A stretch of 64,000 nt of DNA from assembly GCA_040954595.2 (NCBI GenBank), contig CM082584.2, positions 9,067,146 to 9,131,145 of the forward strand. Reading direction: 5' to 3'. The notes beneath the pieces are model-generated. The model made no database searches and was not told the origin of the DNA. It worked only from the letters and a program-made list of their open reading frames with translations. Made by a program: the position numbers and the translations under genes. This document shows, piece by piece, positions 1 through 12,200 of this stretch (within the stretch, counting starts at the first letter, position 1; each line of letters begins with the position of its first letter). This stretch comes from Balanoglossus misakiensis. Taxonomy: Eukaryota; Animalia; Hemichordata.

Positions 1-54
1 TTTGTTTCATGTGAAATGACTATCTTTTTGCTGGTTAAGTAAATGGATGTTCCT

Positions 55-3000
55 TCACATTCCATCAGCTGCTGGGAGAGCTGGAAGAAAAAAAGAAAAG
101 TGGATCAACATTTATCCAATAAATTGACACAATTGAACACAAGAACTGAGAAATATTTGCTTGCACTGTCCACAGTGAATTTCAAGGCTATACAAGATCC
201 AATGTCATCAAAACTTACGTTTGGTTGCTAGGAGAGTGTTGCCATGGCTGCAAGACACCGATGTGACTGCAAATGGTTCTTCATCAAGAAAGTCGACCTG
301 TTTGATGAGATGTGCTGGGTCATCCTTCCTTCCTAATCGTCCTCTGGCTGCTTTGCCCCATGAAAATACTTCACCATCTGTAATAACCAACCAAATTATT
401 CCAGTCGACTGAATCCTGACCCCCTGGTGACCTATGACATCATTTGGTGTGACCTACCTGACCATGCAATATCTACAGGATCCTATAACCACAGCATATA
501 TGAACTACAGTATGTATAACCCATTTCATCCTATGGCCACACTAGATATATCCTATCTAATCCTAAAACTATATTGAGTGTAACCTACCTGATCCTATGG
601 CCACAGTAAATGTGTCCCCACAGGCCACACTTGTTATCTTGGTTCCTTCTGGTACATTCACTTTACCCGCTTGTCTGTTATTTGCACTCTGACTATGCCC
701 CAGTTGATCAAACTGATTCGAACCAAATGTATAGCACTCCAAATCATCTAAAAGAAAAAAAAAGGTATCAACAATATGCTTATGTAATTTAACATCTGTG
801 TGAGACGAATGGCACAAAGACAGTGAAAATGACATTGGAAAGAGATGGGCTCTGCTCAGCAATCCATCAAGCATCCCAGCTGTACGTATATGTACTTCGA
901 CTCATCAGTTCAGAAACTAAAGACCACAATTATGTGACAATCCCCACCTGTGACGACAGCAGCGTGAGATGTTCCTATAGCAACCGACTTGATTGACAGT
1001 TTGCCAAGAGGGTCAGAGGTGACAGGTGTGAATGAGTGAATTTCTTCGGTTTGTCGTGATGAGCCGAGACCAGTGTTGTCCGATTCATCAAGGCCCAGTT
1101 TGTTGTACCTGTAGGAAACGAGACGACAAAGATTCAAATATCACAGGGATAAATTCACTAACCTTTTATCTTGTTTGTTGTTGGTGGTGATGGTGGAGAA
1201 GACACTCACCTGTTGCTTCCGCACACAAGTAATGATCCATCAGTGGCAACAAGCATAGAACAGTCCACTCCACAATGCACACTCTTAGCTTGGTACGGTT
1301 CTGGTATCATCACTGGCTGTGGTGAACTGTGAGACTCCTGACTGTTCAGTCCAAGTCGCCCTAAGCATGCAAGATAGACAAGTAAGAAAGTCACTCAACT
1401 TGTTTTATAGTCAGTTTCACAGCACCTTTGATCACTCAAAACTTTTCAGAGGTTAGGCATTCTTTTCCCATCATACTTAGCTATTATAAGCCATATTGCC
1501 CACACCATATATTAAAATTTTTGTAAGTTGTACAATCTCACCATTATCTCCTCTGCCCCATGAAAACACTTCATGGTCATTGGTGATTGCAATCACATGG
1601 GATGTACCACATGACACCAGCACTACTTCGAATCCCAGCAGAGCTTCTACGATCTTTGCTTGGGTGACGTCATGGTGATTGCCGTGTCCTAGGCAACCGT
1701 TTGCACCAGAGCCATAGGTCATAAGAATACCCCTATCTGAAAAAAAGACATTATAATAAAATGTGTTATACACTGCCAAAGAAACAGTCCCTGACAATCT
1801 CGGCTACAAACAAATAACACATCATTGATATGAAAAAACAGAATCCAATGGATGCCTCACACAATGTCTTACCTGTAAGGCAGGCAGTGAAAAGATCGCC
1901 ACAAGACACAAGTCTAATTGTAACACCAGACTGCCCTTCCAGGAATCGGGCAGAAAATGTCGGAATGTGTTGTTCGAATGCCCCCGGAAGTGTGTCACTA
2001 CCAACAGAGGAAGCCTGGAACAATGGGGTCAAAAGTTAGGAGTAAAACACTGCACTTGTATATATATGTAGGGGCTTGTTAAAAGTGGTTGAATCTGGTT
2101 CAAACCGGTTTCAACGTACCTCCCATATGATAAGCCTGCCATTCTTGGTGACCCCTGCTTTCTGTGTTCTTCCAGTGGAGACCTGTATGACTTGAGTGTC
2201 GCTGTGTGGCAGAGGCAGTTTCACTGGCGAGTTGATTCCGTTGCCCCAACAGAACACAGAGGACAGAGCTGGTGGCTTGGACAGACCGCCACTGGAATCA
2301 AGAACTATGTTGCTAGCTGAGCCTAAAATGAGAGAAAAGTGTGGAAAACATATGAGAGGAAAGTCTGAACTTCTGGCATAACATATACATGTAGTTCCAT
2401 CCTTGCTTTTGGAAAGGGACAATGTACCGGTCAGAAGTTAACTGACCTTTATGCGAGGGTGATCTTGCACTGTTCAGTCGACCTCCTCTATGTCTGACAC
2501 TGTGAGGCAGTCCCGATAATGGTCTTTGTACTCTGCAGAAACAGATAAATTGTATAAAAAATAGACATGCCAGTGTTATTTGCACAACTGTATCAAAAAT
2601 TCCAGCTTCATGTTAGGAAATTGTTACATGTACTTGACTTGTATATACTTACTTAGGGGCAACAGGAACTCTACCAATGTCTGTGTGTAAGTCTAACAGG
2701 GCATTGATGACAATGTGTTCTGCCATAATCTGGTTGATGGTTGGTCGCTTGTTCGGGTCCAGGTGTAACATGCTGAGAATGAGCTTCCGCAAGTCCTCGC
2801 TGTAGTGGTCGGAGATCGGCGAAAATGTGCCACGCATAATTTTAAGGACCAGTGCTGGTAAATTCTATAATAAGAAATGTAATGTTTATCATTTATGGGA
2901 GGGTGTGTTAAGCTAAAAATGGGAACATTTCACTTCATGATTTTTCAAGTGGATTCTTCTGCTTACGTGCACAGAGACACACGCATAGATGTGAGATATG

Positions 3001-4621
3001 AATCTTACCGCAGCTTCAAAAGCCCTCTTGAGACTGGCCAATTCGTACAAGACGCAACCCAGAGCCCATATATCACTTTTCTGATTGTAACTGACACAAC
3101 AAGTCAAGGAAGTGTAATGGTTATTAATGAACTTGGCAGTGTACTGCAGTGGATGGCTTGTAAAAATCCACAGATGGCTCGATCCACCTAGAATTTTCTA
3201 AATCAAGATCAAAGACTTAACAACAACGAAACCAAAGGATACGGTTTTCCTTCACAGAGTTCCGGTGAGATGTAACAGGGCGTACCCACAACCGTGTAGG
3301 CTTTGCTTTTACTACTCAAGACTTTGGAGATGCCAAAGTCGCCAATCTTGACCACCGTCCTCCGCTTGTTCAGTAAAATGTTCTGAGTCTTCAAATCTCT
3401 GTGCAGGATTTGTTTGGAGTGTACGTGGTGGAGGGCAAGCAAGGTCTGGACAAACAGGCGCAGTACTTCCTAGAAGAAGAGAAGGAATATGGTCATGTGA
3501 GTGTGTGAGTGACGCTTTTGGTTTCTGGTTTTCAGTCACAGAGAGCCCCTGTCTGATCATTTTGTGTGATGTACTACTGCAATGGATCATGTTTCACATA
3601 TACTACTGGTGTTGTTGTCAGTCACTCCACAAAGGACATGTGCCGAATATGTGCACAAGATAAGTTTCAGAGTCAAAGTTCAAAGGTCAAATCAAAATTC
3701 ATCCTTACCTCTTCCTCTAACAGATTATCCCCTCTTTGTTGAATGTATTCAAACAAAGTCCCACCTGACACCAGAAAATTAAAAAAAAAAAGTTAAATCT
3801 TTGACCACCATTATCTTTGTTTACCTTGGATACCGAGGAAACAAAACACCTCAAGAAGATCACGCCCAACTTTCCTCCATTCAAGATATATCATGTTTCA
3901 TTACAGTATGTGCGTTTCATGAAAAATGAATGACAGTATATAAATGTGCTGTCTTCAGTTGCCATGGTAACATTCATAGTTGTCATGGTTACATATGTAG
4001 TTGTCATACCAATTTAAATGAATTTGGTGGGTGCAAACTGGTACTAAATGTGATAATATGACAGAACTTTCCTTGGGCATATTCCATTACAATCATAAGT
4101 GCTTTGTCCTCCAGGAAATTTTCATAATATTCAATAATATTTGGATGATCCAACATGGACAACACTTTGACTTCATTGATGGCTGCCTGTCGTTCTTCCT
4201 TATTCATCTGTTCAACTGGTATCTGTTTAATGATAAGTAATTTATTGTCACTCTTCTTCCGGCACAGGTGAACAGTTCTGGGGGGAAATGGAAAAAAAAA
4301 TAATGACTGAAAAATATACATGTAGTTAGGTTCTATGAGTCTTCGTGTACATAACAGACTGAGGTCACCTAAACTATCACATGGAGATAGAGGTACTGTG
4401 ATCATGGTAAGTTTGTGTATTGGTTTTTGATTCTCATACGTCTCTATGGTTGACATTTGACATGACGTCATGTGAAGGGCACGATGATCTCAGTCATAGC
4501 AGTGTGTGCGTGTTTCCGGCCCCACACTCTTAGGACCATGGTATGAAATGTACAGACTCGGACCACTGACTTACCCGTAGGCACCCCTGCCGACAACTCG
4601 AATCTTCTCGTAATTTTCCAT
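55..4621 (-). CDS. NEK8: NIMA-related kinase NEK8 (kinase + RCC1-repeat domain), 15 coding exons
   Basis: Exons in transcript order: 4575-4621, 4072-4277, 3709-3764, 3243-3469, 3009-3090, 2653-2864, 2447-2532, 2120-2322, 1873-2014, 1542-1736, 1210-1360, 948-1108, 589-747, 219-377, 55-80; all phases join. Translation [21 protein letters not shown]...[21 protein letters not shown]...[11 protein letters not shown]...[48 protein letters not shown] matches NEK8 as I know it, followed by RCC1 repeats (GCLGHG, WGRGDNGRLG, ACGDTFT). The last small exon is inferred from a GTAAGT donor at 218 and a pyrimidine-rich acceptor at 81. Confidence 0.95.
3091..3242 (-). other. U12-type (minor spliceosome) GT-AG intron in NEK8
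   Basis: Minus strand 5' end GTATCCTTT, branch-site TTCCTTGAC (3103-3111) about 12 nt from the terminal CAG; splicing gives in-frame GKP|YNQKSDIW. Confidence 0.92.
3765..4071 (-). other. Non-canonical GA-AG intron (NEK8 intron 2)
   Basis: Exon 2 ends TAT GCC CAA G followed by GAAAGT; exon 3 begins after TGTCAG with GT GGG ACT TTG. Only this junction restores EYAQGGTL in frame. Confidence 0.8.
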
Positions 4622-5308
4622 AATTGACCTGCCACACGATGTCAACCAACACCAGACGGTTTCAAGATGAAGTTGGATCTGTCATTTCCAATAAAGTGCT
4701 ACAAAAAGGTCCTGTTTTGGTGTTTGACAGGTCGATCTCACACCGATCAGTCGCCATGATCGTCCATCTTCAAGGCAAAGTTTGTTGACACAAAGGACGC
4801 CGCCACCGTTACGAAACGCACTATCTCGACAGTACGTTTTTTGAACCATTCATACATGTATTACTTAATCGCTTACCAATGTCTATTTCACTTGTTTTGG
4901 GAAGCCTGGTACTACCTGAAAAGTTAGTTCATCAGAGACTGTAGTCTGGATAACGAACAATGCGAGGGGACGATGGCATAAGGTCATACAGGGTTAATTA
5001 ATTGCATGTACTGGAAGTCGCATATGTCTTGGTATACTACTGTAAAGATTTATCCATTTGAATTCGTTGGTGTTCCAGAGGGAAGATGATAAAGTTATGC
5101 TAATTTCTGAAGTTGAAAATTTCATGTAAATATTTCTACCAATATATAGACACCACAAAAAAGTCATGTAGCCTAATTGTTGTAAATTTTATTTTCAAAT
5201 TGGCCAAAATTGGCCTACATCTTGGAATCAAAACTAAAACAATCCAAACGTCGCATACCAAATCGCACAAACAACATCTTTAATATCTTCAATATGATTT
5301 TAATCGCA

Positions 5309-6136
5309 TCAATCTTTCTTTCCACTGTCTCGTTTCGGAGCCTTCTTCTTCATGTACGTGTGGTAAAAGAAATTCCCGAATAATACGAAATAACTGATGT
5401 ACATTAGTACACTAAGTCGCCACTGCCACAGACTGACGTCACATTTCTGACCCTGGTTTTGCGCTTGGTAGACATAGTAGCACAGCCACACAGCGAGACA
5501 CATCTGAGATAATTGCAAGACGGTGATCACCATGGCTCCGGCACGGGGGACCCGCACACGAGCGGCTTTGAGGGCGTAGTAGGTGTACATCAGTGCGTGG
5601 ATGAAGAGATTCATAACGGTGAAGAGAAAGGCCATGCTTAACCGTCCACTGTAGCCCCACCAGACACTAAGAAGGGTCAAAACGTGGTGGTACCAGTGCA
5701 GGAATATCAAATTCGACTTCCTCAAGACAACGAATAGCGTATCCCCGAGCTCGACAATTTTCGACATCGTGCACGCCCACAGCCAAAAGCCGCTGATCCT
5801 GGTGTTTGAATAGTTGTTTGCATCGCAGATTACCTGATTCCAGCTACCTCCATGTTGGAAAATGCTGTTCATTGCCACGAGCATTCGCCAGGCTCCGACG
5901 GCGCTGAAGGCGGCTAACATGACGTTCCAGGCAATCAGGGCGCCGCGAAGTTCGTACCTGTCCCGCGACTTCATCGAGTGGCGAGTGCCGAAAATGATGA
6001 CGATGTAGATGGCGGAAGCAAGGATTGCAATCAGAACACCCTTGTCTTCCATCCACGCCACCCAATAGCGGTCATCGAAGTTCCTTTCAAAATCATACAA
6101 ATCTGTATTTATATGAACTCGAGATTCACCTGCCAT
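5309..6136 (-). CDS. Elongation of very long chain fatty acids protein, ELOVL6/ELOVL3 family, intronless (copy A)
   Basis: Single ORF with motifs KIVELGDT, FLHWYHH, NLFIHALMYTYY, TVLQLSQM and C-terminal KKD. Start placed at accATGG (6136); an upstream in-frame ATG at 6178 is possible. Confidence 0.93.
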   Translation of the reverse strand: MAGESRVHINTDLYDFERNFDDRYWVAWMEDKGVLIAILASAIYIVIIFGTRHSMKSRDRYELRGALIAWNVMLAAFSAVGAWRMLVAMNSIFQHGGSWNQVICDANNYSNTRISGFWLWACTMSKIVELGDTLFVVLRKSNLIFLHWYHHVLTLLSVWWGYSGRLSMAFLFTVMNLFIHALMYTYYALKAARVRVPRAGAMVITVLQLSQMCLAVWLCYYVYQAQNQGQKCDVSLWQWRLSVLMYISYFVLFGNFFYHTYMKKKAPKRDSGKKD

Positions 6137-7519
6137 GGTTGAAATGGTTGTTATGGTAATCAAAGATAAATCATGCACAGGTGTTGGTCACAGTTGGCTG
6201 CCCAGGTATGCGCGCATGAACGGTGTGCGTTGCGAGCATCCGGGCTCCTACTGAAGTTCAAAAGTCCCTGACCTATGTCATATATGTGGTCGTTGCGAGT
6301 TCTCGTAGTCGTAGTCGTCTTAGAGTCGCTGAAATAAGGGTGTCATTTGAGCCCGTGTATCCGCTGAGAGACAGAAAAGTTTCCCAAAGTATTAACGGAA
6401 ATTTGCCCACTTTTACTGTGTTTCAAAATGCCTGTAAGTTAAGCCTACATACGTCTTTTTTAGTGGAGAAAGAAAGCGTTTTCCGAGATCGGAGGAAAAA
6501 CACATATAGGCCTTTTTTGTTAGTATTTTGGGTTCTTATCGGGTGGAAAAGTTGCCGGTGTCTGAACTTCACTTTGTTGTTTTTAAATTCCGGGATTTCA
6601 GTCCTGAGATAATCACTGAGTGGACTGTACAACACCAACACAACACGTGCTGATATAAAGTTACCTTTCACCCATCCAAAAAGTTTGTTTCCCTCATATA
6701 GGCCCTAGTAGTTCCCCACCATTCATGGCGCAGGTCCAGTGACAGAACCTTTGGAGAAATCAATATCTCCAGCAAGTTTCATAAAATCTTCTGAAACGAT
6801 TCTTCGTTTCTTGTGCTAATTGAACATCTCTCTTAAATATGCAAATTGCAATCTGGTATAGATTCTATTAAATTTATTGTAGTAATTCTATGCATAGGGC
6901 TAGGCACTATGCCAAATCTATAGCTTTCCTGTCAAAACATGACGATTACATCATATGGCACTAAAAAGAAAACTCTGATAATGTCATTAGGCCTAATATA
7001 CATGCCACGCCCACTGAATCTTATCGGTTATTGCCACTCTGAAACTGTATCTGTAGGCCTGTGTCCCCAGATTTGGTTCAAATCAAATCAAAGAATGGCC
7101 TATATAGCTAGGAGTACGTCTTTGAGGTGAAACCTTTTCTTTGCCATTTGTCATTACGTTCGACTGCCAAACAATCCGACACGGCCAGTGCCATTCTGTA
7201 TAAATCGCCTGGAGAAACGGACATGAAACAAAACCGTCTTCTCTACTTCATTTCATGTATTTTGTTTCACGTATGTATGTGCAGGGATCTGTCTTGTGTA
7301 TCGTGAACTTCGAACTTTCGGATCGCATGATTCTGTCACGTGGTCTCCGTTAAAAGACTTGATGACACAAGGGGTAATAAATTTATTTTTGTGTGTCACA
7401 CGTCAACGTACCCGGCAAACCATTCGCATTCGAAGTCACGCGTGCCGCCGTGAAGGTACATTGCATGTGTACAGACTCGTACTGTAAATTGAGCAACCCT
7501 TTGCTTCGATATTTGCAAG

Positions 7520-8347
7520 ATGTCCATAAATTCATCGCACATCGCCCTTCCAAACTTGCTCTATTTCGAGAAGAATTTTGACGATGTCCACTGGGTGAAA
7601 TGGATGCAAGAGACGGGCATGCCCTTCGCGTTGATTGCATCGGCCGTCTACGTCGTCGTCATCTTCAGCCTGCGGAGCTTCATGGAAAGCCGCGAGCGGA
7701 AGGAGTTCCGCACCACACTTGTGATTTGGAACACATTTCTGGCGATTTTCAGCATCCTCGGGGCTTGGCGAATGCACACGGCGTTGCTGTTCATCCTGCG
7801 AGAAGAAGGTGGCGGTTGGCACAGGGTGTTTTGCGACAACGTGCACTTCGACGGGCAGAGAATCAGCGGATTTTGGCTGTTCGTCTTTACCTCATCCAAG
7901 CTCATGGAACTGGGCGACACCGTCTTTGTCATGTTCCGCAAATCTAAACTCATCTTCTTGCACTGGTATCACCACATATTCACCATGTGCTACTGTTGTT
8001 GGGGGTACAGCGGCCGAGCCAGCCCGGCGTTTGCCTGCACGCTCATGAACTTCACAGTGCACTCATTCATGTACACGTACTACGCCCTGCGCGCTGCCGG
8101 CTTCAAAGTTCCCCGCCAAATCGCCATGGTAATTACGACCATGCAGATCACCCAGATGGTCCTGGGTTCGTACATCTTCTATTACGTGCACAAGATGTTC
8201 ACATCTGGGATCGAATGTGGAATCAGCATACCCCATTGGCGCGTCGGCTCTCTCATGTATTTCAGTTTCCTTGTCCTCTTTGCGAATTTCTTCTTCCAAG
8301 TTTACGTCGTCAAGAAACCGAAGAAGGTGGACTCTAAGAAAGACTAA
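7520..8347 (+). CDS. Elongation of very long chain fatty acids protein, ELOVL6/ELOVL3 family, intronless (copy B)
   Basis: 275-aa single ORF with KLMELGDT, FLHWYHH, NFTVHSFMYTYY, TTMQITQM and C-terminal DSKKD; collinear paralog of copy A. Confidence 0.94.
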   Translation: MSINSSHIALPNLLYFEKNFDDVHWVKWMQETGMPFALIASAVYVVVIFSLRSFMESRERKEFRTTLVIWNTFLAIFSILGAWRMHTALLFILREEGGGWHRVFCDNVHFDGQRISGFWLFVFTSSKLMELGDTVFVMFRKSKLIFLHWYHHIFTMCYCCWGYSGRASPAFACTLMNFTVHSFMYTYYALRAAGFKVPRQIAMVITTMQITQMVLGSYIFYYVHKMFTSGIECGISIPHWRVGSLMYFSFLVLFANFFFQVYVVKKPKKVDSKKD

Positions 8348-9138
8348 ACTCTCAGTTACATCAGGTTTGGAATGTCAATCGAGACTCCAAACTTTTTGCA
8401 AGCACTGAATTTGATCATGTTTCGTGCAAATTTCGCTGAACAATGGTTCATTCTGTATGCAGTATGCAGGGTTAACAGCAATCGTGTGATACTGTGACCT
8501 ACTTGTCGCCTGAGCAGCTGTGAGTGTGACACTCGCTCTCCAGTCGGTCACCTGTGAAACTTGACTTTTCGACGAATGATATGAAATCTTCGCTATCCAG
8601 GGAACACAAGGACCTAGCTAAGCGGTGTCGGTGAGGTGCGGACCTCAAAGCTTCAACGTCGTTTACTGAAAACATTAAGCTTTATTATAATAACACCTTG
8701 AGATTCTTTTAACTTTTTTTCGAATATTTTGAAGTGTTATGATATGGCAATCTTGATAAAAATCGAGAATAAATGCGCTTTAACATATTCGTGATTTCTA
8801 TTTATTCTCATTATTCTTTCCAGAGACAAAGTAGTAGCCCCCGAATCTAAATACATCCATGATAAATGAATGTCTCACTAAAGTTTTATAAAGTTTTGGT
8901 CTACAAAAGTATGAGTGTCCGGGGTATTTTTAACCTGCGGACTCTACAAAACCAAGAAAACATAGGATGGATTCTTTCCTGTTTCTACAAAGTCAGCGCG
9001 CAACACGAATTCGTGTTTTGCCTGCAAATGATGATGAAGGTAGATAGCTCCATCATTTGTCGGCGATTTAGACGTGACGATCGTGTAATCATGCCAGTGC
9101 AAACGTCAACGTTGGAGGCGCTTGTCAATTGACCCGGA

Positions 9139-9147
9139 ACCGGAAGT
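9139..9147 (+). promoter_or_regulatory. ETS/GABP-type motif in DNAJC21 promoter
   Basis: ACCGGAAGT (preceded by another CCGGAA) about 100 bp upstream of the ATG, in CpG-rich sequence. Confidence 0.45.
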
Positions 9148-9247
9148 GACTTCGTTTCATCTGGCAGCGCAACATCAACAGCATGAGAAAGTCTCGAGCC
9201 GGCGACAGTTGTTGTGCAATTTTGTGTGTGTAGAGGAAGATTTGACG

Positions 9248-12200
9248 ATGCAGTGCCATTATGAAGTTCTCGGTGTATCGCTGGATGCCAGTGACGGTGA
9301 TTTGAAGAAGTCTTATAGGAAATTGGCCTTGAAATGGCACCCAGGTAATGTCTTGTACTCCGATCGTTAGCATGTACCACTGACATAATGGAGATTGTAG
9401 GGAAAATGACATGATAAAAATGCCCTACATACTCAGTCACCGTTGTTCAATGTCTTTGTGTTTAAGATAAAAACAGGGGCAATGAAGAGGAAGCGACGGA
9501 GAAATTCCGACTTGTACAGAAAGCATACGATGTGTTGAGTGATCCGCAGGAGAGAGCTTGGTATGATAAACACAGAGAAGTGTTGTTGAAGGGAGGTAAG
9601 ACGACAACCAGCTCCTAGTCAGGAGTGACTTTATAAAATATTTGACAGTTTCCAGTGTTCTGTGATTTGTTCAGTGTTTAATTGATGTAGATTAAATTAA
9701 TTAGTATATTTTGTGATTTATTTCCAGGGTTAGATAATTATCAGGAAGATTTCATCAATGTTATGCAATATTTCAGACCATCAGCATATTCAGGATTTGA
9801 AGACAGCAAAAAGGTAACACATATAAAAAAACACACTTCTTTGATTGTATTAATTTACATGAAGTCCAGACATATTCAACCCCAATTCTATTTTTCAAAT
9901 TTGGTCTATTCTTAATTTCTGTCGACAGGGCTTTTACAATGTCTACAGAAAGGTATTCCAGACCTTAGCTGAAGAAGATATGAAGTTCATGGATCTCCAA
10001 CAAAGCGGTGCATCAGACTTCCAGATTCCAGATTTTGGAAATGCTCATAGTTCGTATGAAGAGGTTAGTGAACTGAGAAATGAGAATTTACTGAGAATTT
10101 CTCCTAGTGTTGTAATCATTCATATGAGCACTGTATTTTTATGCTGTTCAGACAGTGAGGTTGTACCAAAGCTAATACAGGGCTCTGAATTGTCTACAGG
10201 TTGTGAAGCCGTTTTATGACTACTGGTTGAACTACTTGACACCAAAGTCGTTCGTGTGGACGGAGAAATACGACACCAGGGAAGCTGAAAACAGGAGAAT
10301 ATCGAAACTGATGGAAAAGGAAAACAAAAAACTGAGGGACTCGGCGAAGAAAAGTTACAATGAAGATATTAGGGTAAGTCACATGAGTAAGCATCTGACC
10401 TTTACAACTGTTGCTATCATTATGAGTCTGTTTTGTGTAGTTTTGTCGATTATGGAAATTAATGATTGGATGAATTTCTTTTATCAGGAACTAGCAGCCT
10501 TTGTGAGGAAAAGAGACAAAAGGGTTCAACAATATCAGGTTTGTGTCTGTCTATCTGTATATATTATTGTAGTATTTGTGTATGTGTATGTATGCTTGAT
10601 TGATTGATATTGAATAACACAATAGAGAAATGAACATGCCAGAAATCAGGGTGTTTTCTTTATTTTCAGATGCTTCAAAAAATGAAAGCTGAAGAACGAC
10701 AGAAGAAGTTTGAAGAGAAACGGGAACAGGAAAAACTTGAAAAATTGAAGTGAGAAGTTACAATTTTGTTGAGATTGTTGTGTTTGATAATTCTTCGTAG
10801 GTGCTTAGACAATGTCGATTTTATGAGTAACCGACAACTTTTGTTGGCATGTCTTTCTTGAAGAATGCTTGAAGACTTTGTGGAACAAGAATGGGCGTCG
10901 TTTGCAGAATTAGAAAAGGATTTATCACACTTAGAAGCACATCTAGATGAAGAATTCGGAGCTGAAGAACAAGACAGATCAGGTCAGGGAAATAACGCCC
11001 TCTGTGCCCGCTATATAAAATTCTTTGTTTTTATCACATGTAGAGCTGCTTTGTGCATGTGTTCAAGTAACTGTTCTATATTCGTTTTTAAAACAAAAGA
11101 TGTTTTTATTTGAACTTTCAGGTACTGAAGGAGAAGACAGTGATGAAGACAACTACTGTGATCTGTACTGTGTGGCTTGTAACAAAGCATTTACAAATGA
11201 CAGAGCGTAAGTGAATTTTGCAGTTTATCATGTACATGTACAGTCAAACCTGTGTTAGTAGCCCCTTCTATACAGTGGCTACTTTGTTTCAGTCCCAGTG
11301 CAGTTTACATGTGACACTAAATTTGTACTTTGCCAGCTGCTAATAAAGCTTACATCCACAGATTCGCCAACCATGAACGATCGAAGAAACACAAAAAGAA
11401 TGTCGCCATTTTGAGAGAGCAGATGGAGCATGAGGAATCGGAGCAGGCAGGAAGCGATGAAGACATGGAAGAAGAAACTCAAAAAGGTGATGCAGATGAT
11501 GATGATATTGTTGATGTTGAAGATGCTCTGAATGATGAAGAAGATTTATTACAAGATTTAGTGCAAGACACACAAGATAAACCCAAATCAAAGTAAGATG
11601 GCAGTTTTGTATAATCTTAATTTTCCAAAAAGCTTTAGCTCATCATTCTTCTTTGAATGTAAAGGACTGTCCTTATGGTGCATAATAGTGTCATCTTGAT
11701 GTTAGGGAAAATATATTGATGTTTTCAAATGTTATCTCACAGACTTTCTAAAAAACAGAAGAAAAGACGGAAACAGCAACAGCAGTTGGATGACATGTAT
11801 GATGAAATTCTGGTGAGTTGGTGAAGTCTTACACTACATTTGTAAATTTGCACTGGAGACTGTTGCACCAAATGAACTTGTTTGTCAGAGTGCATACTTT
11901 AAGAACAATTGGATAAAAGAAAACTTCGAATTGTTTCGTTTGTCAGGAGGAAAACGTAGACACTGAATCCACAAAGGATGGCGGAGGGACAGAGGCCCGT
12001 GATGATGACGTGTCTGATCTTGCAGACCGCCTTTTGAAAGCAGCTGATGTAGGAGAAGATACTAATGAAGACACTACCGATGGAAAAAATGTGTTACAAG
12101 AAGAGGTCACTGAATCAAAGTAAGAAATTTTGGATTATTGACACCACAATGATGTGCTTTAAGATCATTTGTATGGTAACTTGTATGTTTTTAATACTGA

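Noticed and set aside
7532-8337. Overlapping alternative-frame ORFs on the ELOVL genes
   Set aside because: By-product of GC-rich codon usage in the real ORFs.
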